Part shown: positions 10,223 through 20,984 of the stretch, piece by piece
How the letters are laid out: the number at the start of each line of letters is the position of its first letter
Numbering within the stretch: the stretch's first letter is position 1
Origin: Tubulanus polymorphus
Taxonomy: Eukaryota > Animalia > Nemertea
Reading direction: 5' to 3'
Assembly (NCBI RefSeq): GCF_964204645.1
Contig: NC_134032.1
Span: 2,476,416 to 2,540,415, forward strand
Length of the DNA stretch: 64,000 bases
Notes under the pieces: generated by a model
What the model was told of the DNA's origin: nothing
What the model saw: only the letters and a program-made list of their open reading frames with translations
Databases searched by the model: none
Translations under genes and position numbers: made by a program

Positions 10223-10888
10223 ATGGAACCAGAACAACCACAAACTATCAATATTACAAATAACACTGGCGTTATAAACATATATTACAAGAAATGTTCT
10301 AAATGTGAATTAGATAAATCATTAACAGAATTTAGTAAGCGTAAGATTAGCAAAGATGGTTTTCAATATTGCTGTAAAACTTGTACTAAACTATATACCA
10401 AACAATATCGAGAAGATAATATAGAACATTATAATTATTATATGACAAAATATATGAGAAAAAGACATCAAACAGATCTTAATTTTAGATTGAAACAATG
10501 CTTAAGGTCTAGATTAACACAATTATTCAACAAAGAAACACATTCAGAAACACTATCTAATTTGTTGGGTTGTTCAGATGAATTTCTCAAATCATGGATT
10601 ATATTTCAATTCGATGATAAAATGAATATAGATAATTATGGGGATTATTACCACATTGATCACGTGTTACCAATATCTAAATTTAACATGAATGATGAAT
10701 ATAATAAAAAACTTATTTGGGGTTGGAAAAATTTAAGACCTTTAGAAAAGAAAGAAAATCAAACCAAATCTAATAAACTAGATTTACAGTTATATTTAGA
10801 ACAGTTAACAAAAGCAAAGAAATTTATTGATCAATGGAATAATAATCCAAATAATGAACAATACGTTGAGTTTTTAATGAGTGGTTAA
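10223..10888 (+). CDS. HNH-family endonuclease of the type seen in large DNA viruses
   Basis: N-terminal KKCSKC..EF..DG..CKTC Zn motif; YHIDHVLP..NLRPL..KENQTKSNK HNH motif. Confidence 0.8.
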   Translation: MEPEQPQTINITNNTGVINIYYKKCSKCELDKSLTEFSKRKISKDGFQYCCKTCTKLYTKQYREDNIEHYNYYMTKYMRKRHQTDLNFRLKQCLRSRLTQLFNKETHSETLSNLLGCSDEFLKSWIIFQFDDKMNIDNYGDYYHIDHVLPISKFNMNDEYNKKLIWGWKNLRPLEKKENQTKSNKLDLQLYLEQLTKAKKFIDQWNNNPNNEQYVEFLMSG

Positions 10889-11113
10889 AGAATAATATAT
10901 CTCAAATAAAATATAATAAAAATTACATACCTTCAACTATCTATTATTTCTATTTTAATTTTTAATATTTTCTTTTCAAAAAAGAATACTTTATATCACA
11001 AATAAAAAATACTAAAAAAACAATAACTAATACTAGAATTCTTAAGCTTTAACTAGCTAGTATCATTTGAAGAATACTTATAATACTATTCTTATTAAAT
11101 TTCTCTAATATAA

Positions 11114-11719
11114 ATGTCTAAGAAATCGAATAAGAATAATATTTAAGTTGAAAAAACTTTGGAAGATTTAGGTCTAACAGATGATAATGATAATGTGGCA
11201 ACTAAATGTGATAATAAAATTGATAACAATATTGATTACGAGTACTATTTATATTGTAAGCATCATCTAGAACTATTGATTGCGAGTGGAAAAACTAAAG
11301 AGTTTATTGGTAAAACAATAACTTTTCAAGAATTAGATAATATGAATAAAGAAAAAGTAATCAAATATTTTAAGATTTATGAAGAGTCAAGGTTAGCTAG
11401 AATAAATGATTCTATTTCAGATGGTATTATCAAATGTTATTCAAAATTATGTAACCAGTTAATACCAATTAATGATGAAAATAAATTATATAATGATTTG
11501 AAAAATGACTATTTAGTTATGACTGAATTACAAAAATGGGTTGGATATGCTTCATTCCAATTAGGATCGGTTATGACATTGATTTCTACTGGAGTTATAA
11601 CATTTTCGAACATCAAACCTATGGAATATAAATCAGGTAAGAACGAAACAGATGTACTACAACAAAACGTCGAAACAGAAAATGAATCAGAACAAAAATT
11701 AACTAAAATAAATGAGTGA
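11114..11719 (+). pseudogene. Conserved Maverick hypothetical protein with a premature stop at 11144-11146
   Basis: TAAATG start at 11114 is in frame with the 11159 ORF; homolog at 31620 reads through this position (VPIEKTLDDLG vs I*VEKTLEDLG). Confidence 0.75.
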
Positions 11720-12074
11720 TGGAGTTAAGAAAAAGGCTAGATCCGAGAAACAAATTAAATGGGCAAGAGAATTAGGTAAAAGATCTTCAGAATTAAAAAA
11801 AGCTAAGAAAAAGAAATTAACCGATATAAATGAATCACCTGGTATTGATTCAAATAATAATCCATCTAATAGATTCAGCACAGCTGAATCTCATAATTAC
11901 TTATATATTACAATTGGGTTAATCACAATTATTATATTCTCCGGTGTAATATATAAATCAAAATTCAAATCTGATGATAAAGATGATTCCAATGATGATA
12001 AACCTATTATACCAGAAAATAAATCAAATCATAAATCAAATGAAAATAAATCTAAAATATTATTAATGGATTAA
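11712..12074 (+). CDS. Basic single-TM protein
   Basis: RSEKQIKWARELGKRS basic N-terminus; YLYITIGLITIIIFSGVIY hydrophobic helix; TAAATG start. Confidence 0.75.
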   Translation: MSDGVKKKARSEKQIKWARELGKRSSELKKAKKKKLTDINESPGIDSNNNPSNRFSTAESHNYLYITIGLITIIIFSGVIYKSKFKSDDKDDSNDDKPIIPENKSNHKSNENKSKILLMD

Positions 12075-12077
12075 AAT

Positions 12078-13166
12078 ATGATGAAAAAAGAACAATATTT
12101 AAGAGATTTATATTATAACCCAGAAAGTGAAGTATCATTTTCCAACGTTTCAGAATTATGGAATAAAATTAAATCTGATAAAGAAAAAATAAAATATAGT
12201 GAATTAAAATCATGGTTACAAAATCAACCCACATATCAAATTCATAAAAAGATGGATAAAAAATATTTAACAAGAAAAGTAATGGTTTCATATATCGATC
12301 AACAATGGCAAGCAGATTTAATTGACATGAAAAACTTAGAAGAATATAACAAAGGATATTTCTGGATACTAAATGTTATAGATATATTCAGTAGATACGC
12401 ATGGAGTATCCCGATTAAAAATAAAACTGGTATAGAAGTAACAAATGCTTTTAAATCTATATTTAAAGAAGCTATTCCAGATAAGATACAATTTGATGAA
12501 GGTAAGGAATTTTATAACAAACATTTTAAAAAACTATTAACTGATAACGATGTAGAATATTTTTCAACACATTCAGATAAAAAAGCATCTGTTATAGAAA
12601 GATTTAATAAAACATTGAAAACTAGAATGTGGAAATATTTCACCGCTAATGAAACATATAAATATATCGATGTGTTAGATGATTTAATGAAAGGTTATAA
12701 TAATTCTAAACATAGTTCTATAAATATGAAACCTATACAAGCTAGAAAAGAAGATAATTCAGAAATAGTTTGGAATAATTTATATGGAGCATTTGTTACA
12801 CATGATTTTGGAGAACCTAAATTTAAAATAGGACAACATGTTAGAATTTCTAAATATAGAAAAACATTTTATAAAGGTTATACCCCTAATTTTACAGAAG
12901 AAATATTTAAAATTAAAAAGATAATATTAACTAAACCATTTGTTTATAAATTGTTTGATTTAAAAGATGAAGAAATATTAGGTTATTTTTATGAACAAGA
13001 ATTATCATTAGTACCAAATCCAGATGATATAGAATACAAAATAGAAAAAGTATTGAAAACAAAAACTCTTAAAGGAAAAAAGTATTCTTTGGTGAAATAT
13101 AAAGGATATGATGATAAATTTAATGAATGGATTTTATCTAGTAAAATTAAAAGAATAAATGAATAA
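12078..13166 (+). CDS. Retroviral-like (rve) integrase with C-terminal chromodomain
   Basis: WQADLID, VIDIFSRYAW, QFDEGKEF, IERFNKTLK (D,D,E); YKIEKVL..VKYKGYDDKFNEWI chromodomain. Confidence 0.96.
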   Translation: MMKKEQYLRDLYYNPESEVSFSNVSELWNKIKSDKEKIKYSELKSWLQNQPTYQIHKKMDKKYLTRKVMVSYIDQQWQADLIDMKNLEEYNKGYFWILNVIDIFSRYAWSIPIKNKTGIEVTNAFKSIFKEAIPDKIQFDEGKEFYNKHFKKLLTDNDVEYFSTHSDKKASVIERFNKTLKTRMWKYFTANETYKYIDVLDDLMKGYNNSKHSSINMKPIQARKEDNSEIVWNNLYGAFVTHDFGEPKFKIGQHVRISKYRKTFYKGYTPNFTEEIFKIKKIILTKPFVYKLFDLKDEEILGYFYEQELSLVPNPDDIEYKIEKVLKTKTLKGKKYSLVKYKGYDDKFNEWILSSKIKRINE

Positions 13167-13773
13167 AGATTTATTTATATTTGAACCACATAATATGTTA
13201 ATAACTGGAGTTACGAATTGTGGTAAAACACACTTCATATTAGATTTATTAGAAACTATTTATAAGAATCATTTTAAAAATATAATATTATTCTGTCCTA
13301 CTTATGAAATGAATGAAACGTATAATAGAGATATAGTTTTTAAAGATAAAAAGTTTATTATATTAAATTCTAAAACAGTGAAAGATAATTTAGATAATTG
13401 TATAAAAATTGCATTAGATATTTATAAAGGATCAAATACATTATTTATTATTGATGATTGCGCAAATTTACATGATTCTAAAATTAGAGAAAGTGAGTTA
13501 TGTTATTTAGCTTTCTCTGGTAGACATTTTGGGATAACAACTTGGGTTTTAAATCAGAAATATAATTCAATTGTGAAAGATTTTAGAGAGAATATAAGAT
13601 TTCTAGTTTTATTTTATAACAAAGATAGAAAATCTATGCAACAATCATTGGAAGAAAATCAAATTATACCTCCTGAATTACATGATGAATATATGAATAA
13701 ATTAAAAAATAATAAAGGTTCCAAATTACTTATGAGATTACAATTTCCATATGAATATAAATTTATAAAATAA
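13159..13773 (+). CDS. A32/FtsK-like DNA packaging ATPase
   Basis: Walker A GVTNCGKT, Walker B FIIDD, GRH motif, LNQ. Confidence 0.93.
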   Translation: MNKDLFIFEPHNMLITGVTNCGKTHFILDLLETIYKNHFKNIILFCPTYEMNETYNRDIVFKDKKFIILNSKTVKDNLDNCIKIALDIYKGSNTLFIIDDCANLHDSKIRESELCYLAFSGRHFGITTWVLNQKYNSIVKDFRENIRFLVLFYNKDRKSMQQSLEENQIIPPELHDEYMNKLKNNKGSKLLMRLQFPYEYKFIK

Positions 13774-13785
13774 AATCCTAATTCA

Positions 13786-14316
13786 AAATATTATAGAATT
13801 CACTGTATATTGATGGATGAGTGGATGAATTGGATGAATCGGATGAATTGGAAGAGTGGATGAATTGGAAGAGTGTAATAATATATAATTTACATATGAT
13901 TTTTATTTTTAAAACAGTAAGAGTTTGATTTGAAGATGTCATATAATAATAAATATATTTTTATAAAATAATAAAATGACAGATAATAAATGTCATATAA
14001 TAATAAATATATATTTATAAAATAATAAATAATAAAATGATAAATAATAAAATGATAAATAATAAATATATTTTTATAAAATAATAAATAATAAAATGAT
14101 AAATAATAAGTGTCATATAATAATAAATATATATTGTGTTAAATTTAATAAAGAATAAAAATATTATATTTATACTCATACTATTCTTCCAATTTATGTG
14201 TTAAAAAGTAAAATATATATATTATCATACTCATCCACTCTTCCACTCACCCAATTCATCCAACTCTTCCAACTCATCCATTCATCCATCAATATACAGT
14301 GAATTCTATAATCTTT
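13786..14316. repeat. Inverted-repeat-bounded AT-rich spacer between convergent gene blocks
   Basis: ATTATAGAATTCACTGTATATTGATGGATGA (13790-13820) and its reverse complement (14282-14312), each followed inward by GGATGAATT/GGAAGAGT arrays; centre has ATAATAAA repeats. Confidence 0.88.
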
Positions 14317-15397
14317 TTAATTTTCATTTTCATATTTTTCTTTAAGCTTATTGTATTCTAAATATATATCCCTTTGCATTATCTTTGATATAAGTCCTAA
14401 ATGATTCCCAAATTTATATTTATTGAATGTTTTTCTTGAAAATATTTTTGGAATATAATTTTCGATTTCAGTTTTAGATGGATGTTTATTTAAAAATTCT
14501 CTAAAATCATCATATTCAAGTTCAAATAAGTTCATTGCATAACTTACATTTGGTTTAAAGTTATCTAACTTTTTCAATATGGTAACTATATCATTACTCA
14601 ATAAATAATGTATAATTGTTTTTCTATACCACCGATAATCTAATATATTATTATTATTAAATTTTGGATTTATAACTGTTGGATCTTCTATTACATTATC
14701 TGTACCAATATGTTTAATTGAGTATTTAATAATAATTTAATTATTTCAATTGTTTATCATATATTACATATTCTTTACATTTTTCACACCAAGATTTAAA
14801 TACTTTTATTGCATGGGCTGAATCATTTCCACTTTTTGTTTTTAATTTATAATGTTTTGCCCAATTAGCCTTTGTTATACATTCATTACAGAAAGCACAA
14901 TAATTCTGATCCTCTTTACATTTATCTTTATATATATTGGCATATGTTTTTACTAATTGTAAAATATGTTCATCTTTTTTGATGTGTAATAAATAATCAT
15001 TGTAATTATCAAAATCTTCTTCACAATACATACATCTGATGTTATCTTTTGGTTGAACATTTGATTTTTCTATTTTAGGTTCAATATTATGTTCTATTTT
15101 TGTTTCAATCTTATCATCATTCGATGTAGAAGGTATAACATTATCTTCTATTTTTGTTTCAATATTATCTTCTATTTTTGTTTCAATATTATCTTCTATT
15201 TTTGTTTCAATATTATCTTCTATTTTTGTTTCAATATTATTATTACGTTCAATTAAATATTCTTTGTATTGATTTAATTCATTTAATAAAAATGTTCCAA
15301 TATATTCATTTATTCTTTTATAAGGTATTACATAATACAAATCATCATTGATTTCTTTATCAGCTTTGATTCTTTCATATACTTTACCTCCTTCCAT
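14317..15397 (-). CDS. Zn-finger protein with IETKIEDN repeats; ORFs 14741-15397 and 14317-14601 are probably one gene broken near 14740
   Basis: CMYCEEDF..HIKKDEH and CAFC..HY C2H2-like motifs; 24-nt tandem repeat; the downstream frame is open from 14736 without its own ATG. Confidence 0.6.
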
Positions 15398-15429
15398 TTA
15401 TTATATATATTTTTATTAAAGTTAAAATT

Positions 15430-16677
15430 CTAATACATAACACTATCTAATTGTGAATTTACAATATTTAATTGCGCGTCAGATATAATATAAATGTGCA
15501 TTTTAAAATTTTTGATTCCCTTTTTCTTTGTCATGAATAATTGTATTCCATCCTTTGTATTTTGTAATTTTTTCCCAGAACCATGTAATGAATTATCTTC
15601 AGTTGTTCTAAAATCTAACCATAATGCAAATTTATTACCGGTATAATAATCAATTTGATTAATGTTACAATTTTCAAATGATTTTATTTTTTCATTCATA
15701 AAATGTTTTCTAATTTCTGGCCATTGATCTATCATTCTCATTCCTTGACAAAATATTTTATTCGCTATACCTTCGATAGTTATTTCTACTTTTGTTATTT
15801 CAGGATTATAATAATTGTCAACATTTATTGCGCCATTAGTATACGTTCCAATAGTAAAAAATATTAATATACCTTTAATAGATCTTCTAGGAAAGTTAAT
15901 ATTCTCATTTATTATTTCATCATTTGCATTAATAGTTACAGTTTTAAATTTATCAATATAATCATATAATAATGAAAATCCTTGATTGTATTTAGTTTGA
16001 ATTATACTTGAAATATTTTCATCAGTTACTGTATCATATTCTAAACATATATTCGATAATTTATAACTCATATCTTTATTAACGCTAGATAATACAATTT
16101 CATTTACAGGAGCAAATGTTATCTCAAATATAATATCTTCTTGAATTGCGTATTTATATAAAGGTGCATTATTATTTATCAATTCAATGTCTAATGGAAT
16201 TTTATATTTGCTTCCATATATACTTTTTATCAATTTATCTACATCATTTGTTAATATTGCGCTATTAGCTTCTGATCTTAATTTATTTTGGTTTTCTGAT
16301 TGGATGCCTTGAAATATCATATTATTTCTATTTTCTTTAGTTAACCATAAATCTTTATAATGCATAAATAAATTATAATCATCTAATGAGAAAACTGTTT
16401 GTGGACCAATCTTTATTGTTAACTTTTTAATCAAATATCTTCCAACATTATCAACAACATAATTATTATTATTACCGATTACTTTTATATCAGCTGATAA
16501 ATAAATACTGTTTGGAACGTAAAAAGTATTTTGTGTTAATCTAGGAATTCTAACGTATAAAGTTTCATCGGGATTAATATTTGAAGGGTTATGAGTAATT
16601 ATATGATGTGATCTTTCTGCTTTAATAGCATTAGATATTCTATGATTCTTCGAAGGACTTATATAACTCCCACTCAT
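15430..16677 (-). CDS. Probable major capsid protein (double jelly roll)
   Basis: Intact 415 aa, beta-rich pattern (LYVRIP, YLSADIKV, IKKLTIKIG, YKLSNICLEYD, ININFP..IKGILIFF, ITKVEITIEG, FALWLDF); size and context fit a Polinton MCP. Confidence 0.72.
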   Translation of the reverse strand: MSGSYISPSKNHRISNAIKAERSHHIITHNPSNINPDETLYVRIPRLTQNTFYVPNSIYLSADIKVIGNNNNYVVDNVGRYLIKKLTIKIGPQTVFSLDDYNLFMHYKDLWLTKENRNNMIFQGIQSENQNKLRSEANSAILTNDVDKLIKSIYGSKYKIPLDIELINNNAPLYKYAIQEDIIFEITFAPVNEIVLSSVNKDMSYKLSNICLEYDTVTDENISSIIQTKYNQGFSLLYDYIDKFKTVTINANDEIINENINFPRRSIKGILIFFTIGTYTNGAINVDNYYNPEITKVEITIEGIANKIFCQGMRMIDQWPEIRKHFMNEKIKSFENCNINQIDYYTGNKFALWLDFRTTEDNSLHGSGKKLQNTKDGIQLFMTKKKGIKNFKMHIYIISDAQLNIVNSQLDSVMY

Positions 16678-16748
16678 TTATTTAACAAAAAAATTAATTA
16701 TTTATTTTTTGATATCATGGTTTACTTGATATTTTTTGATATCATGGT

Positions 16749-18440
16749 TTACTTGATATTTTTTGATATCATATTTACTAAACCAAAAATAATAGCACTT
16801 ACAACTGTAATTAAAAATAAAATAATATGTTCAGCAGCAAAGTTAATAATGTTTCCTGCAGATTTCAATATAAAACCAACAATTGAAGCAATAACTCCTG
16901 GTAAAGCTGCAGCAGATTTTTTAGATAGTTCCCATAAATATTTTGCTAATTTCTTTAAACCATCTTTAACTTTATCTTGTATAGAATTATTACCTGGGGG
17001 TTTATCCGGTTTATTTGGAGTAGGAGTAGATTTCAAAGCATTTGATATTGCTAAACCAATTGTTGTAAATAACATAGTTACAGCTGTTACAATTGAAAGA
17101 ATTGTTATTCCTTTTAACTTAAATAATAACTTTATTCTGTCTTTTAATGATATTTCAGAATCTGGTTTAATCAACAAATCTTTAAAAATAACTTTTAATT
17201 TTTTAATATGATTAAGATCATATGATTTTAATAATATATCTCTTTCTTCTTTTTGTAATTTTATGTTATATTCTAAATCATCTATTTCTTTTACTAAAGC
17301 TAACTTTCTGCTTTCAAAATCAGCTTCATAAACTACTTGATGATTTCTATTTAATTCTAATTGTTTTAATTCTTCATCTACATTAACTAATTCTTTTTCT
17401 AACATGGTTATTTTAGAAAATCTCATCTTAATATTAGCAATTTCATCAGCTGATACTTGTATACCTTTAATTTCTCTACGTATTTGTTCAGGAAATGCTT
17501 CTAATTTTTCATCGGTTAAATTAAGAAATCCTTTTTCTAGTAAATATTGCAGTCGATTTATTCCAGTTTCAGAACCAGATGTATCTGATATACTATTCAT
17601 CAGTTCTTCTGAATCTCTTAATCTATCAATTTGTTTTTCTAATTGTAATTTACTTGAATCATTATCAATTTGTTGAGTGTCTCTTCTCGATGTTTCGGGT
17701 GTTGAAGATCTCAATCTATCTAATCTATCTCTATTGTCTTCCATTTCTGGATCAAAATCAGTAGGATTTGGATTTTTAAATGGTGAATATTTGTTTATAT
17801 CAATTTTAGGAATTGGTTCTTCTTCATTTACTCTATCGAGTGCATTCCATATAATTCTGAGAAATTCTCTACCACCTTTTGAATTTTCAATTGTAGATGT
17901 TGCTCGCATTTCAGGTTCAAAAATATTTTCTTGACCCATTTTAGATAATTGAATTGTTACAATATTCCTATTTAAATCAAGATTATAATACCATGCATCA
18001 TTTTTAAATTCTAAATTATTTGTGAAATATGGGTCATCTTTAAAAATTTGTTCTACAACATCTTCAGTATCAATTTCATCTATTACAACTGATGGTAATA
18101 ATTCGTTAACAATTGTATCTGTTACTCTAGATTTCATTTTGAATAATTTCATAGGTTTATCAGGATATTTTTCTTGTTCTTTTACTAATAGTTTCATAAA
18201 TTCTTTTCTTTCTCTTCTAGTTGTAATTCTACCCCTTTCAGGAGCTTCTAAATATTTATTTATTTTTTCACGTAATTCGGGATCATCATCATCATCATCT
18301 TCACCTAAATTAGTATTATATGCTGATTCATCATCATTATCAATATTAGCACCTGCATCATTATAATCATCATCAATATATCCTTCATTATTATTTCCCA
18401 TTTCTCCCATTTCATAATCTTCTCCACCTTCTACATCCAT
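16749..18440 (-). CDS. Large protein with acidic N-terminus, coiled coil and C-terminal hydrophobic/amphipathic helices
   Basis: Intact 563 aa; GITILSIVTAVTMLFTTIGLAI, LPGVIASIVGFIL, IILFLITVVSAIIFGLV. Confidence 0.85.
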   Translation of the reverse strand: MDVEGGEDYEMGEMGNNNEGYIDDDYNDAGANIDNDDESAYNTNLGEDDDDDDPELREKINKYLEAPERGRITTRRERKEFMKLLVKEQEKYPDKPMKLFKMKSRVTDTIVNELLPSVVIDEIDTEDVVEQIFKDDPYFTNNLEFKNDAWYYNLDLNRNIVTIQLSKMGQENIFEPEMRATSTIENSKGGREFLRIIWNALDRVNEEEPIPKIDINKYSPFKNPNPTDFDPEMEDNRDRLDRLRSSTPETSRRDTQQIDNDSSKLQLEKQIDRLRDSEELMNSISDTSGSETGINRLQYLLEKGFLNLTDEKLEAFPEQIRREIKGIQVSADEIANIKMRFSKITMLEKELVNVDEELKQLELNRNHQVVYEADFESRKLALVKEIDDLEYNIKLQKEERDILLKSYDLNHIKKLKVIFKDLLIKPDSEISLKDRIKLLFKLKGITILSIVTAVTMLFTTIGLAISNALKSTPTPNKPDKPPGNNSIQDKVKDGLKKLAKYLWELSKKSAAALPGVIASIVGFILKSAGNIINFAAEHIILFLITVVSAIIFGLVNMISKNIK

Positions 18441-18456
18441 TTACATAATAAAAAAA

Positions 18457-19845
18457 TTAAAATTTAAAATATAATATTCCTCCGATTACAATTCCTATAC
18501 AAGTTATAACTAATTTAGTATTTTCATGGGATTTATTATCATCATTTAGTTTAATTATATCATGTTGAATTTTATCAGTTTTTATATTTTCTGATGTATT
18601 GTAATCTTTTATTTTAGAATCATTATCCAATTTAATATTCTTAGTTTTAGTTTCTGTTGATTGAATGTGTTTTTTATTTTTTTCACCTTCCATTAATTTT
18701 GGAGCAGTAATAATCTTTTTATTTATATCATTTAATCCAAATGAATTATTTATTGTTGCAGTTTTAATTAGATTATTATAACCAATTATGTTTCCCATCT
18801 TTAATACTAAATCATTAGAAATAATTAATAGATTAGGGCCTATACAATAATTAAGTCTTACATGAGATTTATCTAAATAATTTTGATATCTTATAATGTT
18901 TTCTGGAATCGATCTATTTTTATCATTATGTATGGAATCTTCAAATAAAACTTTAAATTGTTTTTGTGTATCGAATGATGTATTCAAATTTCCAATTATC
19001 GGTGATCTTGTTTCAACTTGTGATCCTAGAATACAAATCAAATAAGTTCTAATAGATTGATTTATTCTTTCTATACCTGATTTAGTAAAACCTTCACTAT
19101 TTTCTAAAATAAAATAAACCCAACCATTATTGTTTTCTTGTTTTAAATTATCATAAAATTTTGGTAATTTATTGAAATTTAATGTTTCTAAATCCTTTGT
19201 TTCTATTTTACCATAACCTAATTTATTATTATAGATATTATAAAAACTATTAGATGTTATGGGAAGTGCACAATATTCTGCAATCTTTTTAGGGCAAGGA
19301 AGTGATCTTAATGTTCCAATTTTTGTTCTAAAATCAGAATTATTTATATCTATATTAAATTCATTGCAAATTTTATAAAACTTAGATAAATTAATATTAT
19401 TATCTAATTCTTTAAAATATCTAGATCCTGGTAAAGCACACTCTAATTCATTTAATATTATTCTGATTTGAAAGTATGTATGAAATCTAAATAAACTTTG
19501 AATTAGTTTATATTTAGAATTATTCAAATGATCATTCCAACTAATTCCACATCCTGTTGTTGCACAATAAACAGCAAAATTTAATTGGTTCTGCCAATAC
19601 TTCATATTAGATTTTAATAACCATTGTTTTTCATCTTTCAATTTTTTAAAATTAATTAAATATACATGAAATATATTTTCCATCTTTGCATTAAAATTAT
19701 TAGTTTCAGTAACATAAATTTCTAAATTAGTTAATGAATCTAAAACTTCATTTCTATATGTAATATCTTTATTAAAATCTATTGCTGGAATATTATATTT
19801 AATTAATTTATTATATCGGAAAGCTTTTGGAAAACTATCTACCAT
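18457..19845 (-). CDS. Hypothetical protein with C-terminal TM anchor
   Basis: Intact 462 aa; WQNQLNFAVYCATTGCGIS; ends LVITCIGIVIGGILYFKF. Confidence 0.85.
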   Translation of the reverse strand: MVDSFPKAFRYNKLIKYNIPAIDFNKDITYRNEVLDSLTNLEIYVTETNNFNAKMENIFHVYLINFKKLKDEKQWLLKSNMKYWQNQLNFAVYCATTGCGISWNDHLNNSKYKLIQSLFRFHTYFQIRIILNELECALPGSRYFKELDNNINLSKFYKICNEFNIDINNSDFRTKIGTLRSLPCPKKIAEYCALPITSNSFYNIYNNKLGYGKIETKDLETLNFNKLPKFYDNLKQENNNGWVYFILENSEGFTKSGIERINQSIRTYLICILGSQVETRSPIIGNLNTSFDTQKQFKVLFEDSIHNDKNRSIPENIIRYQNYLDKSHVRLNYCIGPNLLIISNDLVLKMGNIIGYNNLIKTATINNSFGLNDINKKIITAPKLMEGEKNKKHIQSTETKTKNIKLDNDSKIKDYNTSENIKTDKIQHDIIKLNDDNKSHENTKLVITCIGIVIGGILYFKF

Positions 19846-19861
19846 TTATATAACTAAAAAA

Positions 19862-20296
19862 TTAATAATTTGTTAATTCTTTTAATAATTTATCTTGTTC
19901 TTCAACTGTTATATGACCATTTAAACTTATTATATAATCTAGTGTGTTCTTTAATTTATTAATTTCTTTTATATTAGTTTTGATTTTTTCTTTATTACTT
20001 TTTATATTTAATTTTGAACTTATACCAGTTAAAACACTTGAACTTAATCCTAATACACCAATTGATATAGCTAAAGGTGTTAATGGACTGAATATTGCTA
20101 GAAATGTTATTACAGAACTAATTGTAACCGAACCACTTATAATCAAATAATATATAATTTTACTTTTTAAATATTTTTTCTTTTTTATCTTTAAGTCACT
20201 TTCAAATTCTAATATTTGTTTTTCTAAATATGTTTTTAATTTAGTTTTATTTATATCATGAGGAATAATATCAATACTATCAACTTTATCTTCCAT
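19862..20296 (-). CDS. Two-TM hairpin protein
   Basis: 144 aa; two hydrophobic segments between helical charged regions; TAAATG start. Confidence 0.8.
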   Translation of the reverse strand: MEDKVDSIDIIPHDINKTKLKTYLEKQILEFESDLKIKKKKYLKSKIIYYLIISGSVTISSVITFLAIFSPLTPLAISIGVLGLSSSVLTGISSKLNIKSNKEKIKTNIKEINKLKNTLDYIISLNGHITVEEQDKLLKELTNY

Positions 20297-20315
20297 TTAT
20301 TTAGAATAAAAATTA

Positions 20316-20738
20316 CTAATTAGTAAACTTATAAGCAACAAATATAACAATAACAGTTCCGCCTAAAATCCAAATTATTTCATATTTCTGTTGTTCTTTA
20401 CTTGGGGTATAATAATCTGATAATTTGGGTTTGTATAGATGTAATTTTTCTTTATTTGTTACTGTGTTATATAAACTCATTGCATCATCAACTGATTGAA
20501 AATCTCTATGTGAAATCTTCTGATTATATAATTCTTTATTGATGTAATCCATATAGTTTTGTCTCTTTTCTCTATATTCTTCTGCAGCTTTATTGTATTT
20601 CTCTAACGCTAAGTTATGTCTTCTTTGTTCTCCTAATGAACTATTTTTATCAATATGTTTAAATAAATAACCACCACCAGTAAATGCTAAAGCGTTAACA
20701 ATTGCCGATCCTATAATAGTTATAATTGCAGAAGCCAT
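20316..20738 (-). CDS. Small protein with N- and C-terminal hydrophobic helices
   Basis: MASAIITIIGSAIVNALAFTGGGYLF..IIWILGGTVIVIFVAY; TAAATG start. Confidence 0.82.
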   Translation of the reverse strand: MASAIITIIGSAIVNALAFTGGGYLFKHIDKNSSLGEQRRHNLALEKYNKAAEEYREKRQNYMDYINKELYNQKISHRDFQSVDDAMSLYNTVTNKEKLHLYKPKLSDYYTPSKEQQKYEIIWILGGTVIVIFVAYKFTN

Positions 20739-20762
20739 TTATTTAGCAAAAAAATTATGCAT

Positions 20763-20984
20763 TTATATGGGAGGAATATATTTTTGTTTTTCCAAATAAT
20801 CAATAGTTAAATTAGATAAAGTAACTGCTAATGTTAACTTTAAAATATCATTTATATCAAATCTATCAACATTAACACTTCCCATTTTGAATACTTTTTT
20901 TAATACCATTGAATAACCAACAGTTCCAACTGATAGTAATGCGCCATTATATAATCCAGTTATTATCCACTTATTATCACTCAT
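20763..20984 (-). CDS. Small hydrophobic protein
   Basis: 73 aa, tightly packed between neighbours, T7-GATAAA-TAAATG start. Confidence 0.75.
   Translation of the reverse strand: MSDNKWIITGLYNGALLSVGTVGYSMVLKKVFKMGSVNVDRFDINDILKLTLAVTLSNLTIDYLEKQKYIPPI

Noticed and set aside
16642-18366. Plus-strand ORFs overlapping the 563-aa gene
   Set aside because: Antisense shadows with no motifs and no TAAATG starts
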